The position numbers were made by a program, and so were the translations under genes. A DNA stretch of 63,195 nt, the filler included, from Trichomonas gallinae (Eukaryota), in assembly GCA_008369845.1 (NCBI GenBank). It is 6 parts of 6 records of this genome, joined end to end, with 100 filler letters (N's around TTAATTAATTAA, not from the genome) between each part and the next. Parts side by side here need not be neighbours in the genome. Positions count along the whole stretch, not along the records: positions 50,989 to 63,195 come from MRSU01000595.1; 5 more parts are not named here. One strand, 5' to 3'. Shown here one piece after another: positions 51,219-61,922 of the stretch. Under the pieces are notes generated by a model. It did not search any database. It was not told the origin of the DNA and saw only the letters and a program-made list of their open reading frames with translations. Numbering within the stretch: the stretch's first letter is position 1; every line of letters begins with the position of its first letter.

Positions 51219-54200
51219 TTAATACAAATATTCTTTGACTTCGTTTAAGTCATCATCAAGACCAAGTCTTTGGAACTCTTCGATGTTAGAATTATAGCTT
51301 TGATATTCATTTGTATAAGAATCTGACTTTGGAAAGTCTTTGTTTTTGGAACGATGCTTGATAACAAGATAAACAATAAAAGCAGATACTACTAGCAAAA
51401 CAAAGCAAGTAATTATAATAATAGACAACAAAATATTGTTCGGAATCCTATCTTTCACTTTGTTATCATTTAAGGCATAATTATTATCATCAGGACTCAA
51501 AGCAATAACTGTCCTTGCCGCACTTTGCGTTGCTGGAATTGTTGAAGGTAATGGCGTTATTCCTGGTGTTGATGAAGGAGTTTCTATTGGTGTTGTGTTT
51601 GGCGTTGTCTCTGGAGTTGCAACAGGACTCTTATCCGGAGTAGTTCCTGGTGTTGATGATGGAGTTTCCACTGGTGATCTATCTGGTGTTGTCTCCGGTG
51701 TTGCAATTGGACTCTTATCAGGAGTCGTTGCTGGAGTTTCAACTGGTGTTAAATCTGGTGTCATTGATGGAGTTTCTGATGGATAAGGAGTCATTGATGG
51801 TGTTTCAATTGGTGTTGTATTTGGTGTCATTGATGGTGTTTGGGTTGGCGCTGGTACATGTTTGTGAGAAACTCCAAGCCTAATATTTGCAGCGTCAGTA
51901 TCAAAACTCCAAACAACCATATAATGAGGACCAACTTTGTCGTAAAAATATGGTTCTGAATGATACAAACCATTATCATATGTTCCTGCGACTACTAATC
52001 TATAAAGAGCTTCCGCAATGCCTTTATTACCTACTCCAACATATATTGCAAAGAAATCAGGTTGCTGTGGAGGTTTACTCAGCATACGAAATATAGGCGA
52101 ATAATGCTGAGTGAGTGTAATGTGGAAAGTGAAATAAAGAGGATGATCATTATAAATCTGCATTGCTAAAATATTCCCTTCAATAGCAAAGGCTTGTATT
52201 TGACAGAAGTCACCAAACCTGTTATAAGGACATTGACATATTCCATTTTCATTGTGTGAATTACCAGAACATCTGTTGACAACTTGTGATTTGCTTGATT
52301 CTTCCAATTTAACTGCTTCATCATTTGTATCGAATCCTCCCATTATCGATAAAGAAAATTCAATTTTTGGATTCTTATCATTAATATATTCGTTTGAATA
52401 AATATGGATTGTTAAAGTTTGTGGCTCAAGATTATTGATCATAATTTTTTCAACAGTGGACAAAGCTTCGTGATAATCTTCTTCCATCATGTTTCCAAGA
52501 TAATGATTTCCATCCGCTCGAACAACAATCATATTCAAGTCCACATTCAATGGAATTCCGTTAAGTTCTGTGTTATTATTAGGAGTGTCTAAGTATGTCA
52601 TTGTTATTCTAAAATCGCTGTACTTTGTTGTTGTAAATGTAAAAACTTTGTGATCACTTCTATTGATTGGAATTCTATCATAAAATCTGACGCCGAAATT
52701 TCCAAAGCCTAAAGCATCATCAAGTTTTGGTACTCCATATCCAGTATATTTATCTCTTACCTTAGTAGATAAAGGGATTGCGCTGTTAATCAAAATTCCT
52801 TTGATCAAAGAAGAAGATGGCTTTAATGTATCAGTTTCATTTGGACTGAGAGAAGGATAATATCCATCAACAAAATATTGCCTGATTAATGCGCAAAAAC
52901 CAGCAGCTTGAGCAACACTGACTGAAGTTCCAGACATAGCTGATAAGGAATTCAATGATGTATCAGTAAAATTAACAGATGAATTTGCTGATATAATATT
53001 CGTTCCTGGTAATAATATGTCTGGTTTTTTAATTCCAAAATGACCAGGACCTCTTGCGCTTTTTTCAGATACAGATGGCTGAAATCCATAGTATGGATAA
53101 GTTACACTAGCAGTCTGCAATTTCAAAATATTTTCAAAATCAAATACAGTAACAATTAAAATAGTTACATCAGGTTTCTCACATGTTTCAGTAGTATCTT
53201 CACACGTCAAATTATTTGGATAAACTAAAAACTTTGAATTTGTGACTGTAAATACACATGTAGATGACATGAACAAACTATTTTCTTCATCATTGACTGT
53301 GACTTTAAGATTATTCATATTAACCAATTCTTGCTGTTGGTTGTAAGAACATGGATTTTTTGCATTAGCAATATAAACTTGCTCTAGACTTTGAATAATG
53401 TAATTTCCATTTAAGACTCTTGCATTAAATATTTTAGAAGGCCCCTCAACTGATCCAACTGTTAGTACATTATTAGAATCTCCAGGTGATTTAACTCTTG
53501 CTTCATCGCCTGCAGGAAAAATAAAAATTGTTTCATTATTTTCAAAAGCCAACTTTGAAATCTCAAAATCTGCTTCATAATTAATTGCATTATGAGACCA
53601 GCTGTTTGAAATAATATAAGAGCCAAGCTCATTCATTTCTTCAACTGCTACTTCAATATTTTCCCAATCTAATTCATCATCTTCAAAAATAAAAAGCTTA
53701 GAATCTGGTGCAACACCATTGTACATTGAATTCATCGCTTTGTCTTTATAGGACTTTCCTGCAATCAAACCAGCCATATGTGTTCCATGCGTACTTGGTG
53801 TTATGTCATCTTCTGCTTGATATTTAATGACTTTCCTGTGATTCTGATTTATTTCACCTTCTTTTATTTCAGGATAATTTGGATCGTAGAAAAAAGAATG
53901 ATTTATGTTAACCCCATGGTCAAATATTGTTACAATTTGTCCTTTACCTGTTAAACCTTGACTGTACAATGTTTGAGGTGTTCTATACATGTTTTGCTCA
54001 AAATATAAATTCGATTTTCCTGATTCAATAAAACCAACAGAAAATCTTGCTTGCAACTTAGATTTAATAGGATTTCTATCTAGATTATTGTATTCATCCA
54101 TTGAATTTCGATGATTAAAATTATCGATAGTTAAAATATCATTTTCTGATTTGTAGATACTATATTTTGAATTGTCATTCGTATAATAAAATGATTTAGA

Positions 54201-54473
54201 AGGTATTTGATGATTTTTTACGTAATTAAATTCATTGACAGGAATATATAAAGAAATACTTTCATTATCAACTGCATTTACATCATTATATTGATAAAAA
54301 TCCGTGATTTTATAAGCATTTGTGCTTTGTTGCGGCTTTTTCGAATTTGAATAATTTCCTAAAGATGAATCTGATGCTGTTAACCAGTTTAATAAGTTCC
54401 ATCCTGATCCTGTTGATTGTGTATTATTGATTTTTTTCCTGAATTTGAACTTTTTATCCAAAAATTTAAACAT
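51219..54473 (-). CDS. Membrane-anchored subtilisin (S8, KP-43/TagC-like) with EGF-like module, Thr/Pro stalk and TM (1084 aa)
   Basis: Catalytic triad D (IFDHG), H (HGTHMAG), S (SGTS); IRQYFVDGYYP; CQCPYNRFGDFC; TM near the C-terminus. Confidence 0.92.
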   Translation of the reverse strand: MFKFLDKKFKFRKKINNTQSTGSGWNLLNWLTASDSSLGNYSNSKKPQQSTNAYKITDFYQYNDVNAVDNESISLYIPVNEFNYVKNHQIPSKSFYYTNDNSKYSIYKSENDILTIDNFNHRNSMDEYNNLDRNPIKSKLQARFSVGFIESGKSNLYFEQNMYRTPQTLYSQGLTGKGQIVTIFDHGVNINHSFFYDPNYPEIKEGEINQNHRKVIKYQAEDDITPSTHGTHMAGLIAGKSYKDKAMNSMYNGVAPDSKLFIFEDDELDWENIEVAVEEMNELGSYIISNSWSHNAINYEADFEISKLAFENNETIFIFPAGDEARVKSPGDSNNVLTVGSVEGPSKIFNARVLNGNYIIQSLEQVYIANAKNPCSYNQQQELVNMNNLKVTVNDEENSLFMSSTCVFTVTNSKFLVYPNNLTCEDTTETCEKPDVTILIVTVFDFENILKLQTASVTYPYYGFQPSVSEKSARGPGHFGIKKPDILLPGTNIISANSSVNFTDTSLNSLSAMSGTSVSVAQAAGFCALIRQYFVDGYYPSLSPNETDTLKPSSSLIKGILINSAIPLSTKVRDKYTGYGVPKLDDALGFGNFGVRFYDRIPINRSDHKVFTFTTTKYSDFRITMTYLDTPNNNTELNGIPLNVDLNMIVVRADGNHYLGNMMEEDYHEALSTVEKIMINNLEPQTLTIHIYSNEYINDKNPKIEFSLSIMGGFDTNDEAVKLEESSKSQVVNRCSGNSHNENGICQCPYNRFGDFCQIQAFAIEGNILAMQIYNDHPLYFTFHITLTQHYSPIFRMLSKPPQQPDFFAIYVGVGNKGIAEALYRLVVAGTYDNGLYHSEPYFYDKVGPHYMVVWSFDTDAANIRLGVSHKHVPAPTQTPSMTPNTTPIETPSMTPYPSETPSMTPDLTPVETPATTPDKSPIATPETTPDRSPVETPSSTPGTTPDKSPVATPETTPNTTPIETPSSTPGITPLPSTIPATQSAARTVIALSPDDNNYALNDNKVKDRIPNNILLSIIIITCFVLLVVSAFIVYLVIKHRSKNKDFPKSDSYTNEYQSYNSNIEEFQRLGLDDDLNEVKEYLY
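51545..51855 (-). repeat. Coding Thr/Pro repeat stalk (TPxx units)
   Basis: ETPSMTP, TPDKSPIATPET and TPNTTPIETPS recur. Confidence 0.85.
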
Positions 54474-55282
54474 TTGTCAACAGAATGACACTTTTCTGGT
54501 TTTCAATTAAAATTTTACGGGCTTAAAATGATTTTTAAATCATTTTTAAAATTCTATATTGATATTATAATTTTGACTCAATTTTAATATTGAATTGAAA
54601 ATAATCGTAAATTCGAGTTGACTTTTGATGATCACTCACAGAATCATTTTTATTTGACAAAGAGACATAACTAAACATTTATACACAAATCATATCAAAG
54701 ATAACAAATTTTTTACTTATTATCAACTAAATAACGATGGTTGATTTAAATTTTGAGTTTTATTATAATATATATCATATACTGCACATATTATTGAAAT
54801 TTGCATTATTTTTTTTTCATTTTGCAGCGTACCAACTTGATACTTCTGCCATATAAGTCTCATGCATTAAACTAACCTATTGTTATTGGTTATGTATTTA
54901 ACATGACACACGAATGGCAAAAAATTAAAATGTAAAAAAAAATTTTGTTAAATTCCATTTTGCTATTTGTATTATATAATATAAACTAATATGGAATGAA
55001 TACATAAGGTCAAAATATGGATAATCGATCATAAATTTAATGTTGAATTTTAAATCCATTGTATCAGCAAAAATTTATGTCTAGACTTTTTCTAATCTCT
55101 ACACAGACTGACAAGCACATGGAAAAACTTCGAAATAATTCAAGTTTACATTTCTCAACATCAAATAGTGATTTACAAATCAGATGCTTTATATATAATA
55201 ATTTACTTCAAACAACTAATAAATATTTATTCTAAAAAAGTGTAGTTTTCCATTAAAATGAAAAACTCATATAAATTAAATT

Positions 55283-56830
55283 TCAAACATCAATGGATTG
55301 AAGTTTCTTCAACATTTCAGATTTGAAAGGCGGAGGCTTTATGATCTTTCTGTGAAGAAACAGCCAAGGTTCCTGCTCTTTTCTTTGAGAAAAATCATCG
55401 AAAATTTCTTCAGCAACTCTTAGAACTTTGATAGGGTCGATTTTTTCGATTCCTCTGTCCATTGCTGTCATTACTTCGCCTATCTCGTTGGCATTGACAC
55501 TTACAAAGAAAGGAAAAGTATTGATAACAATAGAAGCAGTGAAGAAAATGATAAATATATAAGGATCTGAGCACGAATAAAAAGAATCCCATAATCTAAA
55601 TGATTCGTCTTTGTATTCTCTTCTGTATTGGAGCAAGAAAAATCGATAAATAAATATCATTTCTTTCTGTTTGTAATAAGACAAATAATGCCTTATTCCT
55701 ATGTGAACGTTCGATACTAAGTAAGCCACTCTTTCTGCCATATGTGATTCTTGTTCATAAATTTCGCCAAAGATTTCATCGTGATGACTCTTGTGCATAC
55801 AGTCAACAAATATCCAGAAAATCATGCTTTGACCTTCTAAATTCGATATTTCTGAATTATCAAATAAAATTATTTTATCTGCTGCAATTTCTTTAAAAAA
55901 TACGTGCATGAATGTTGCTGCGAAGTCACCCATCCCCTGCACGTATCCAGTGTCTCTATTATAAACTGTCCAGCATCTTAAAACGTTTTCAAGTAATTTA
56001 TGGGCTTCTGAGTCTTTCTTTGAAAACATTATGTAATTTGAGTCAGTTCTTTGGACATCATTGCTAATAATCATGAAAATTGTCCAAAATTGTTTTTGTT
56101 CAGGAATCAAACTCGTTTGTTTTAGCAAAATAGAATATTCCTCAGCCATTTTAGCCTTTCTTTTATTGTTATCTTCAGTTGTTAGGCTTGGATCTATATA
56201 TCCAAAAAGATATTTCCAAAAAACTGGTCTTGCTTCATCTGTTAGCCCATATTTGTAAATATTTGCTTTCAATTCATCAAAATTTTCTATTTTACCTTCA
56301 TTTGTAATTAAATTTCGGATCTCATCTAGTGTATATGCGCTTCTATCGAATTTTTGCTTTATATGTGTTTCCATTCTCGTACAATAATTCCGATGCACTA
56401 TATAAGAAAATATAGTAATCAAGTTATTTAAAGTTGCAGTCCGATTTTTTAAAATTTTATAGGAAAAATCTGTACTTTGTTGTATTGCTTTAATTTGCAT
56501 AAGTTTTTGTAAGGAATCCATCAGTGTCTGAAGACACTCGCCGCTTACATGAAAAGTTATATTATAATTTGCAAAAGGAACGTCGAATAATAAATAATGT
56601 ATATCATCGCTGTTCTTTTTGATAGTAATTATTGATGATTCTATTAGATCGAATGAAAATTCGGAATATTCGATGTTGCATTCTATTAAATTTAATGTCT
56701 GCATATAAGATGAGACCCAATTAACAATAATTCCATTTCCGCGGCGAAAAATATTAAGATTTCCGCAAGTTCCATAATCTTTCCTTAATTGGAAAATTAC
56801 CAACAAATTATCTAAATAAATATCATCCAT
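55283..56830 (-). CDS. TBC-domain Rab-GAP (Gyp7/TBC1D15-like; 515 aa)
   Basis: RPVFWKYLFG, IxxDxxR (ISNDVQRT), YxQ (GYVQGM) and RLWD; both catalytic fingers intact. Confidence 0.92.
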   Translation of the reverse strand: MDDIYLDNLLVIFQLRKDYGTCGNLNIFRRGNGIIVNWVSSYMQTLNLIECNIEYSEFSFDLIESSIITIKKNSDDIHYLLFDVPFANYNITFHVSGECLQTLMDSLQKLMQIKAIQQSTDFSYKILKNRTATLNNLITIFSYIVHRNYCTRMETHIKQKFDRSAYTLDEIRNLITNEGKIENFDELKANIYKYGLTDEARPVFWKYLFGYIDPSLTTEDNNKRKAKMAEEYSILLKQTSLIPEQKQFWTIFMIISNDVQRTDSNYIMFSKKDSEAHKLLENVLRCWTVYNRDTGYVQGMGDFAATFMHVFFKEIAADKIILFDNSEISNLEGQSMIFWIFVDCMHKSHHDEIFGEIYEQESHMAERVAYLVSNVHIGIRHYLSYYKQKEMIFIYRFFLLQYRREYKDESFRLWDSFYSCSDPYIFIIFFTASIVINTFPFFVSVNANEIGEVMTAMDRGIEKIDPIKVLRVAEEIFDDFSQRKEQEPWLFLHRKIIKPPPFKSEMLKKLQSIDV

Positions 56831-57019
56831 TTTTATGTTTTTTTTAGAAATTATTACAAAATTATTCGAGAAAATTATGAATATTATTCATAATTGGATA
56901 TGCATAACATCGGTAAAAGAATTAATATACCTTATATTAATGTTAAACAAATTTGATTGATAAATTTCTTAAAATAATGAAAAACAAATGAGATACATGA
57001 ATGTTTTATAATAATGATA

Positions 57020-57330
57020 AACACATGTGATTGATGGAATTTCAATTAATGGCATTCCTTCAAATTTATGATAGATGTCAATTGATTCTTTTTCAAATTC
57101 AATTATAAAGTCATCAAGCTTATCCCAAGCAACTAAATATTTAATACTTTGTGCTGGAAAAATTTCATCGCATGGCTGAAATCATAACAGCTGTAGTAAG
57201 ATTTAATTGATTCATAATGAAGTCAATTGAAAATATCTGAATCTAAACAATAAGCTCTATATTATTTCTACGATGTATTCTGAAACTATTCCATAACGCA
57301 AATATTAAATGAATGTTTAGATGATATGCC
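57020..57330 (-). pseudogene. Remnant of a DUF3447/ankyrin-associated family gene
   Basis: Start-less frame CDEIFPAQSIKYLVAWDKLDDF...MPLIE resembles a recalled trichomonad 'YIAWDKVDDL' family; flanked by stops. Confidence 0.45.
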
Positions 57331-57406
57331 GAAAATATAAAAAATCTCTAATTTTGTAAACGATAGAAATACAAACAATTTATGATTACATGGATAAAAA
57401 ATAACA

Positions 57407-60400
57407 TTAATCCAACAGATAGGCTGGATTGATCCTTTTGGTTTTTGTTGTGACGCTTGAGCGACGAGAGTTATTATGACGTATTGGCTTCTCTATCTTC
57501 TTTGAGCGTGCAGAATGACATGATTTACGATTTCGTTGGCCATAATCGAAAATATGAGACAAGTCATTCAAATTCTGTTTGCGGAAACCAAAGTCAACAA
57601 AAGGAGGCTTTGATTCATTGGATTTAACTTCTCGATATATTGCTTCATTCTCTTTCATTTGATGCTGGAGAGAATAAAGTTTTGCTGACCGTTCTTGAAC
57701 AGTGATTCGACGAGGATGATGGTTGACAACATCTGTGCTGCGATCATAGCAGTAATACATTTCATCTTCATTCTGATAAGGAACTCTGAAAACTTTTGGT
57801 TTGTGTGTTGTCTGTCTTAGAAATTCGCGAAGTGACTCAATTACATTTCGATATTTTTGATTTTGATTTTCATCATCATTTAACATTTTTTCATCAATCA
57901 ATATATTATCTTCATCATCTATATCGAACTGTGCGCCATGGAAACATGCAAGTCTACCAAGAATCTGCTGAATAGATTCGTCTTCAATATCAACAAAGTT
58001 CTTCAGGAAATTCTTGTCGAAGTAAAGTTTTGCTGGAATTTCGTCTCTGATATCTACGTCAGGATCTGGATGACTTTGTTTAATCAATTTAACTTTTCTC
58101 GGATTTAATGCCTTAACTGGCGCAAATTCTCTAGGAACTTCATATTGCTGAGATGGCTCTTTTACACGAATGTCTTGACCTAAAATTGAGTTCTTCAATG
58201 TTTGTGAAGAAATTCCTTTATTTTTATGTGCAACTACACATTTTTCTTCTTCATTAGCATAAAATTTGGCTTTTTGATTATTTTCTTTTTCCTCTTCAAT
58301 ATTATCTTTAACAGATGACATTTTTATTTTTGGATCTTTCCTTATGCTGCTTCTTGAACTGTGTGGTGAATAATTTTCATCTGAAGAATCAAGAAATTCT
58401 TTGATAGTTTTTGAACTTTTACGTGAATCATCTAATATGACAATATCGGATTTAGTTTTGTTGCTCCCACGCATTCCAATATCTTTTGTATGTAAGATCG
58501 GATTAGGTTTGTAATCAGATTTCGGTGACTTTTTATGTTTCTTTGATTTAACTTTTGTATCAATCTCAATGAATTCATTCGTTTCTTTGTCCACAGGTAC
58601 ATCTGACTCAACTACCTCTTTGGAGCCCATTGATTTTCCGAATCTTGCTGAAGGCAATTCTAATTTGACTGTAGATGAAGAGAAATCACTTTGAATGTTT
58701 TCATTATTAACAATTATTGATTCTCTTAGAACATTTTTGTTCTTTTGTTTTAGTCTTGGATTTGGGATAGATTTGTTAGCATTTTGTTTGAATCTTGTCG
58801 ATGCAGGTTGTTTTACATCAATTTTCTCCGAAGTTCTTGAACTCAAGGACTTTTGTGATATGGAAAGACTATTTATAGTCTTTGGTGACATTGATATTTG
58901 TTTTGTTGGAGATTCATTCGGATTTGATTCGCTTTTCATTGACATTTTTGATGATGGAGAAGACATCTTTGAAATTGGAGTAGAAAGTTTCGAAGATGGA
59001 GAAGAAATCTTTGATGATGATTTCATCGGAATATTACTTGTGTTTTCGTTTTCAATGTGGCTTAATGATGAATTATTTCTCATTGATTTTGTTGACAAAG
59101 ATGATGATTTTCCAGATTTTGGAGATATTTCGTCTACAATAAATTTTGGAGACATTGATGACTTAGGAGAATTCAATTCTGATTTCTTATCAGATGATGC
59201 TTCTTCAATCTTATTATTATTCTCATTTTCAGTTGCAATTTTAACTTTCTTTGCTTTTAGCTGTTTAGCCTTCAATTGTTTCGGTTTCTCGAGCTTTTCT
59301 TCTTCTTCTTCGACGTATTCATATTGATCTTCTTCTTCAACTTGTTTCTGATTGTTTTTAGTTTCTTCTTCTTTATCTTGTTTTTCTTTAATTTCTTTCT
59401 TTCTGTCTGCTTCTTCCATTAGCATTTCCATCTCACGCAAATCCATTAATTCTCTCATAGATCTACCCATAATTTTCTTCTCTTCATCTTCTGATTTATT
59501 TTCCTTTTCTTTCTCTTTTTCTTTATTGTTTTTCTTTCCTTTGTTTTTGTTGTTTTTAGTATTTGATGGTTGAGTTTTCTGGAAAGCAGGGACCCATCTT
59601 TTAGCCGGATCAATTTCATATTCCCAGTCACTGTCAGATTCTTCTTCGAGAGGAACTGGTTCAGGAGCATTATAGTTTGGATCTAAAAGGAAATTCATGT
59701 CTTCTTCTTCGCAATTGTCGAAATCATCAAACAATTGGAATCTGCCGTTCATTTTTTCTTTAAGTCTATCAAAGTTGTCGAAAATTGGATCTTCTGGATC
59801 AACTTGAATTCCGAACAAAGAAGAACCATTGACAATCATTATTTCATAAGGTGTGCCAATTAGTAAACCTCTTTTACCGTTTAGAAACGCAACAGAAAGA
59901 ATTGGAAGAGGAAGAGAAATATTAACTAAAATCTCGCATTCATTCGACCAAACTAAAATTGTTCCATCGTAACCAGAAGTAACAAAAAATGATCTTCCTG
60001 GTGTGATTCCTGTTATTCTTCCTTTATGCAGTGGCTTTTCTCTTGAATGTATCCTGACAATGATTTTCTCGTGAACTCTTGCAATGTTGAATGATCCATC
60101 TTCATAACCAATAACAATATTACTTCCACACATGCATGAAATTATTCCATGAGAGAAATCAATGACATCAACATCTTCTCCAGTATCTGTATTATATCTA
60201 ACAATGCAGTCCTCATAGAAAACAAAGAAAGAATGTGTTTCATCGTGATGAAGAATTTGGAAGATTTTATCTCTTCTTTTTCCAATTCTCTTCCAAAATC
60301 TTAGTTTTTTGTATTCATAGACTATGATGTCACCTTTTTCTGTGCCAATCAACAAGCACCATTTACCGCAGAACATGCTCAATACACAACATGTTGCCTT

Positions 60401-61756
60401 GAGATCAACAGTCAAAACTGGTTCCATGAGTTGTCCATTCGTTCCAAAAACAGCAATCATTCCAGTATCAAATGTAACGAAAAGCTGATCTCTGCTTGTT
60501 GCAATATTGTGCATGCCACGATCGACAAGAACAGAGACGGGAAAGCCAGTAATTCTAGCGTGGCATATTGACAGCAATCTTCTGGACACAGGGGAAAATA
60601 GTTGAATAGAAGCGTCAGCGAGTAATACAGCAATTCTTGCTGCACCGTTTGCTTTTGGACATCTTTCGATTTTCAGTGGATGTGTTGAGACTTTTCTCCA
60701 CAAGGACCAAGGTATGACGACTCTGTACGCTTTCGCTCTATTTCTGTACATGATAAACAAGAGAGTAGCATGGCCGCGTTCTCTTTCGAAGAAAATGTGT
60801 AAAGGAGGAGCTTCTGCTTTAATTATTGGGAAAACACGGTCGGTTTTGATATCAAATATGCTAATGAAAGTGGAGCTGTCGTAAATAATATAGAATTCAT
60901 CAGTCATTCGAAATGCAATATAGATTGGCTTATTTACTGATGTATAATGAAACTTCAGACGGCCGTATTTGTTCCATAAGCACACACCTTGGTCACCATC
61001 ACTTGTTAAAGACTTTTTTGTTGATTCGTTGTATTGAAATAAAGTAAATGTTTTCGAATTGTATGAAATTGGGCATTTCAGCATATTTCCATCGACGTCA
61101 AATGCAACAATGCCATCTTTTGTAGGTAAAACTAGTTGGTCTTTTGATTCTATAAAGCAAGGATTAGATAACATCGGCGCCATGTATCCCAAAGCAAAAT
61201 GTTTTAGGAATTTTACGCTAAAACCCGTAGTAATTTTTTGATTTTTATCGCGAGAATAGTCCTTTTCCAGTTGCCATGATTTGATTCCGATTCCTAAAGT
61301 GAAAAATATTTGATGTTTCTCAGAAAATATGATGTGACAAATGCCTACTTGATCGATTGGTTCACTCGTATATACTGGTTGATATAGATTGTTTATATGA
61401 TAAATTTGTATTCTTGACGGATTTGGAATAATGTTGATAATAATGTGATGAGATTTAATATATTTCGCGCAACATGATGAAACATTGTATGATTTTACAA
61501 ATCGGCCTCCGTTGAACAGATTAAATTGCTTTGAACTCACTGCTATTTGTTCAAACTGGCCAATTTTTAACATGGAATGATAACAGGATGAACCACGAGT
61601 AAGGTCATATTCATCAATGATTCCAAACTTAATCATTCGGGTCCGCCCTGATTCATCCATCCAAAAATTTATAACGAAAATCTTTTCAAAATTTTCGCCA
61701 TTAATTGTCATGTAAATTAGTTTATTGTCAAAAATCATTTCAAAATTAAGCATCAT
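57407..61756 (-). CDS. WD40-repeat protein with a long charged/Ser-rich C-terminus (up to 1449 aa)
   Basis: HKGRITGI...FVTSGYDGTILVW and LTSDGDQGVCLWN. The true start may be the downstream ATG at 61660. Confidence 0.85.
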   Translation of the reverse strand: MMLNFEMIFDNKLIYMTINGENFEKIFVINFWMDESGRTRMIKFGIIDEYDLTRGSSCYHSMLKIGQFEQIAVSSKQFNLFNGGRFVKSYNVSSCCAKYIKSHHIIINIIPNPSRIQIYHINNLYQPVYTSEPIDQVGICHIIFSEKHQIFFTLGIGIKSWQLEKDYSRDKNQKITTGFSVKFLKHFALGYMAPMLSNPCFIESKDQLVLPTKDGIVAFDVDGNMLKCPISYNSKTFTLFQYNESTKKSLTSDGDQGVCLWNKYGRLKFHYTSVNKPIYIAFRMTDEFYIIYDSSTFISIFDIKTDRVFPIIKAEAPPLHIFFERERGHATLLFIMYRNRAKAYRVVIPWSLWRKVSTHPLKIERCPKANGAARIAVLLADASIQLFSPVSRRLLSICHARITGFPVSVLVDRGMHNIATSRDQLFVTFDTGMIAVFGTNGQLMEPVLTVDLKATCCVLSMFCGKWCLLIGTEKGDIIVYEYKKLRFWKRIGKRRDKIFQILHHDETHSFFVFYEDCIVRYNTDTGEDVDVIDFSHGIISCMCGSNIVIGYEDGSFNIARVHEKIIVRIHSREKPLHKGRITGITPGRSFFVTSGYDGTILVWSNECEILVNISLPLPILSVAFLNGKRGLLIGTPYEIMIVNGSSLFGIQVDPEDPIFDNFDRLKEKMNGRFQLFDDFDNCEEEDMNFLLDPNYNAPEPVPLEEESDSDWEYEIDPAKRWVPAFQKTQPSNTKNNKNKGKKNNKEKEKEKENKSEDEEKKIMGRSMRELMDLREMEMLMEEADRKKEIKEKQDKEEETKNNQKQVEEEDQYEYVEEEEEKLEKPKQLKAKQLKAKKVKIATENENNNKIEEASSDKKSELNSPKSSMSPKFIVDEISPKSGKSSSLSTKSMRNNSSLSHIENENTSNIPMKSSSKISSPSSKLSTPISKMSSPSSKMSMKSESNPNESPTKQISMSPKTINSLSISQKSLSSRTSEKIDVKQPASTRFKQNANKSIPNPRLKQKNKNVLRESIIVNNENIQSDFSSSTVKLELPSARFGKSMGSKEVVESDVPVDKETNEFIEIDTKVKSKKHKKSPKSDYKPNPILHTKDIGMRGSNKTKSDIVILDDSRKSSKTIKEFLDSSDENYSPHSSRSSIRKDPKIKMSSVKDNIEEEKENNQKAKFYANEEEKCVVAHKNKGISSQTLKNSILGQDIRVKEPSQQYEVPREFAPVKALNPRKVKLIKQSHPDPDVDIRDEIPAKLYFDKNFLKNFVDIEDESIQQILGRLACFHGAQFDIDDEDNILIDEKMLNDDENQNQKYRNVIESLREFLRQTTHKPKVFRVPYQNEDEMYYCYDRSTDVVNHHPRRITVQERSAKLYSLQHQMKENEAIYREVKSNESKPPFVDFGFRKQNLNDLSHIFDYGQRNRKSCHSARSKKIEKPIRHNNSRRSSVTTKTKRINPAYLLD

Positions 61757-61818
61757 ATGAAAAGTAAATAATATTATTCTTGAACATTCAATTTTGAATC
61801 GAAACGGTTATAATTAAA

Positions 61819-61920
61819 TCATGAATAAAAGATGCTTAAAATGATTCAAAATTGAAAGCACAAGAATAAAAATATACAGCCACTTTTTGAGCGAAGCTCA
61901 AAAAGTGGCGTCTATTTTTT
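61819..61920 (+). repeat. Dispersed ~102-bp hairpin element, copy B
   Basis: Perfect GCCACTTTTTGAGC-GAA-GCTCAAAAAGTGGC stem-loop; homologous to 24633-24734. Confidence 0.9.
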
Positions 61921-61922
61921 AA

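Noticed and set aside
216..61756. A co-functional gene cluster (Rab, TBC, AP-1 gamma and C2 trafficking genes)
   Set aside because: These families are very large in trichomonads and the genes lie on separately assembled contigs, so co-occurrence is expected by chance.
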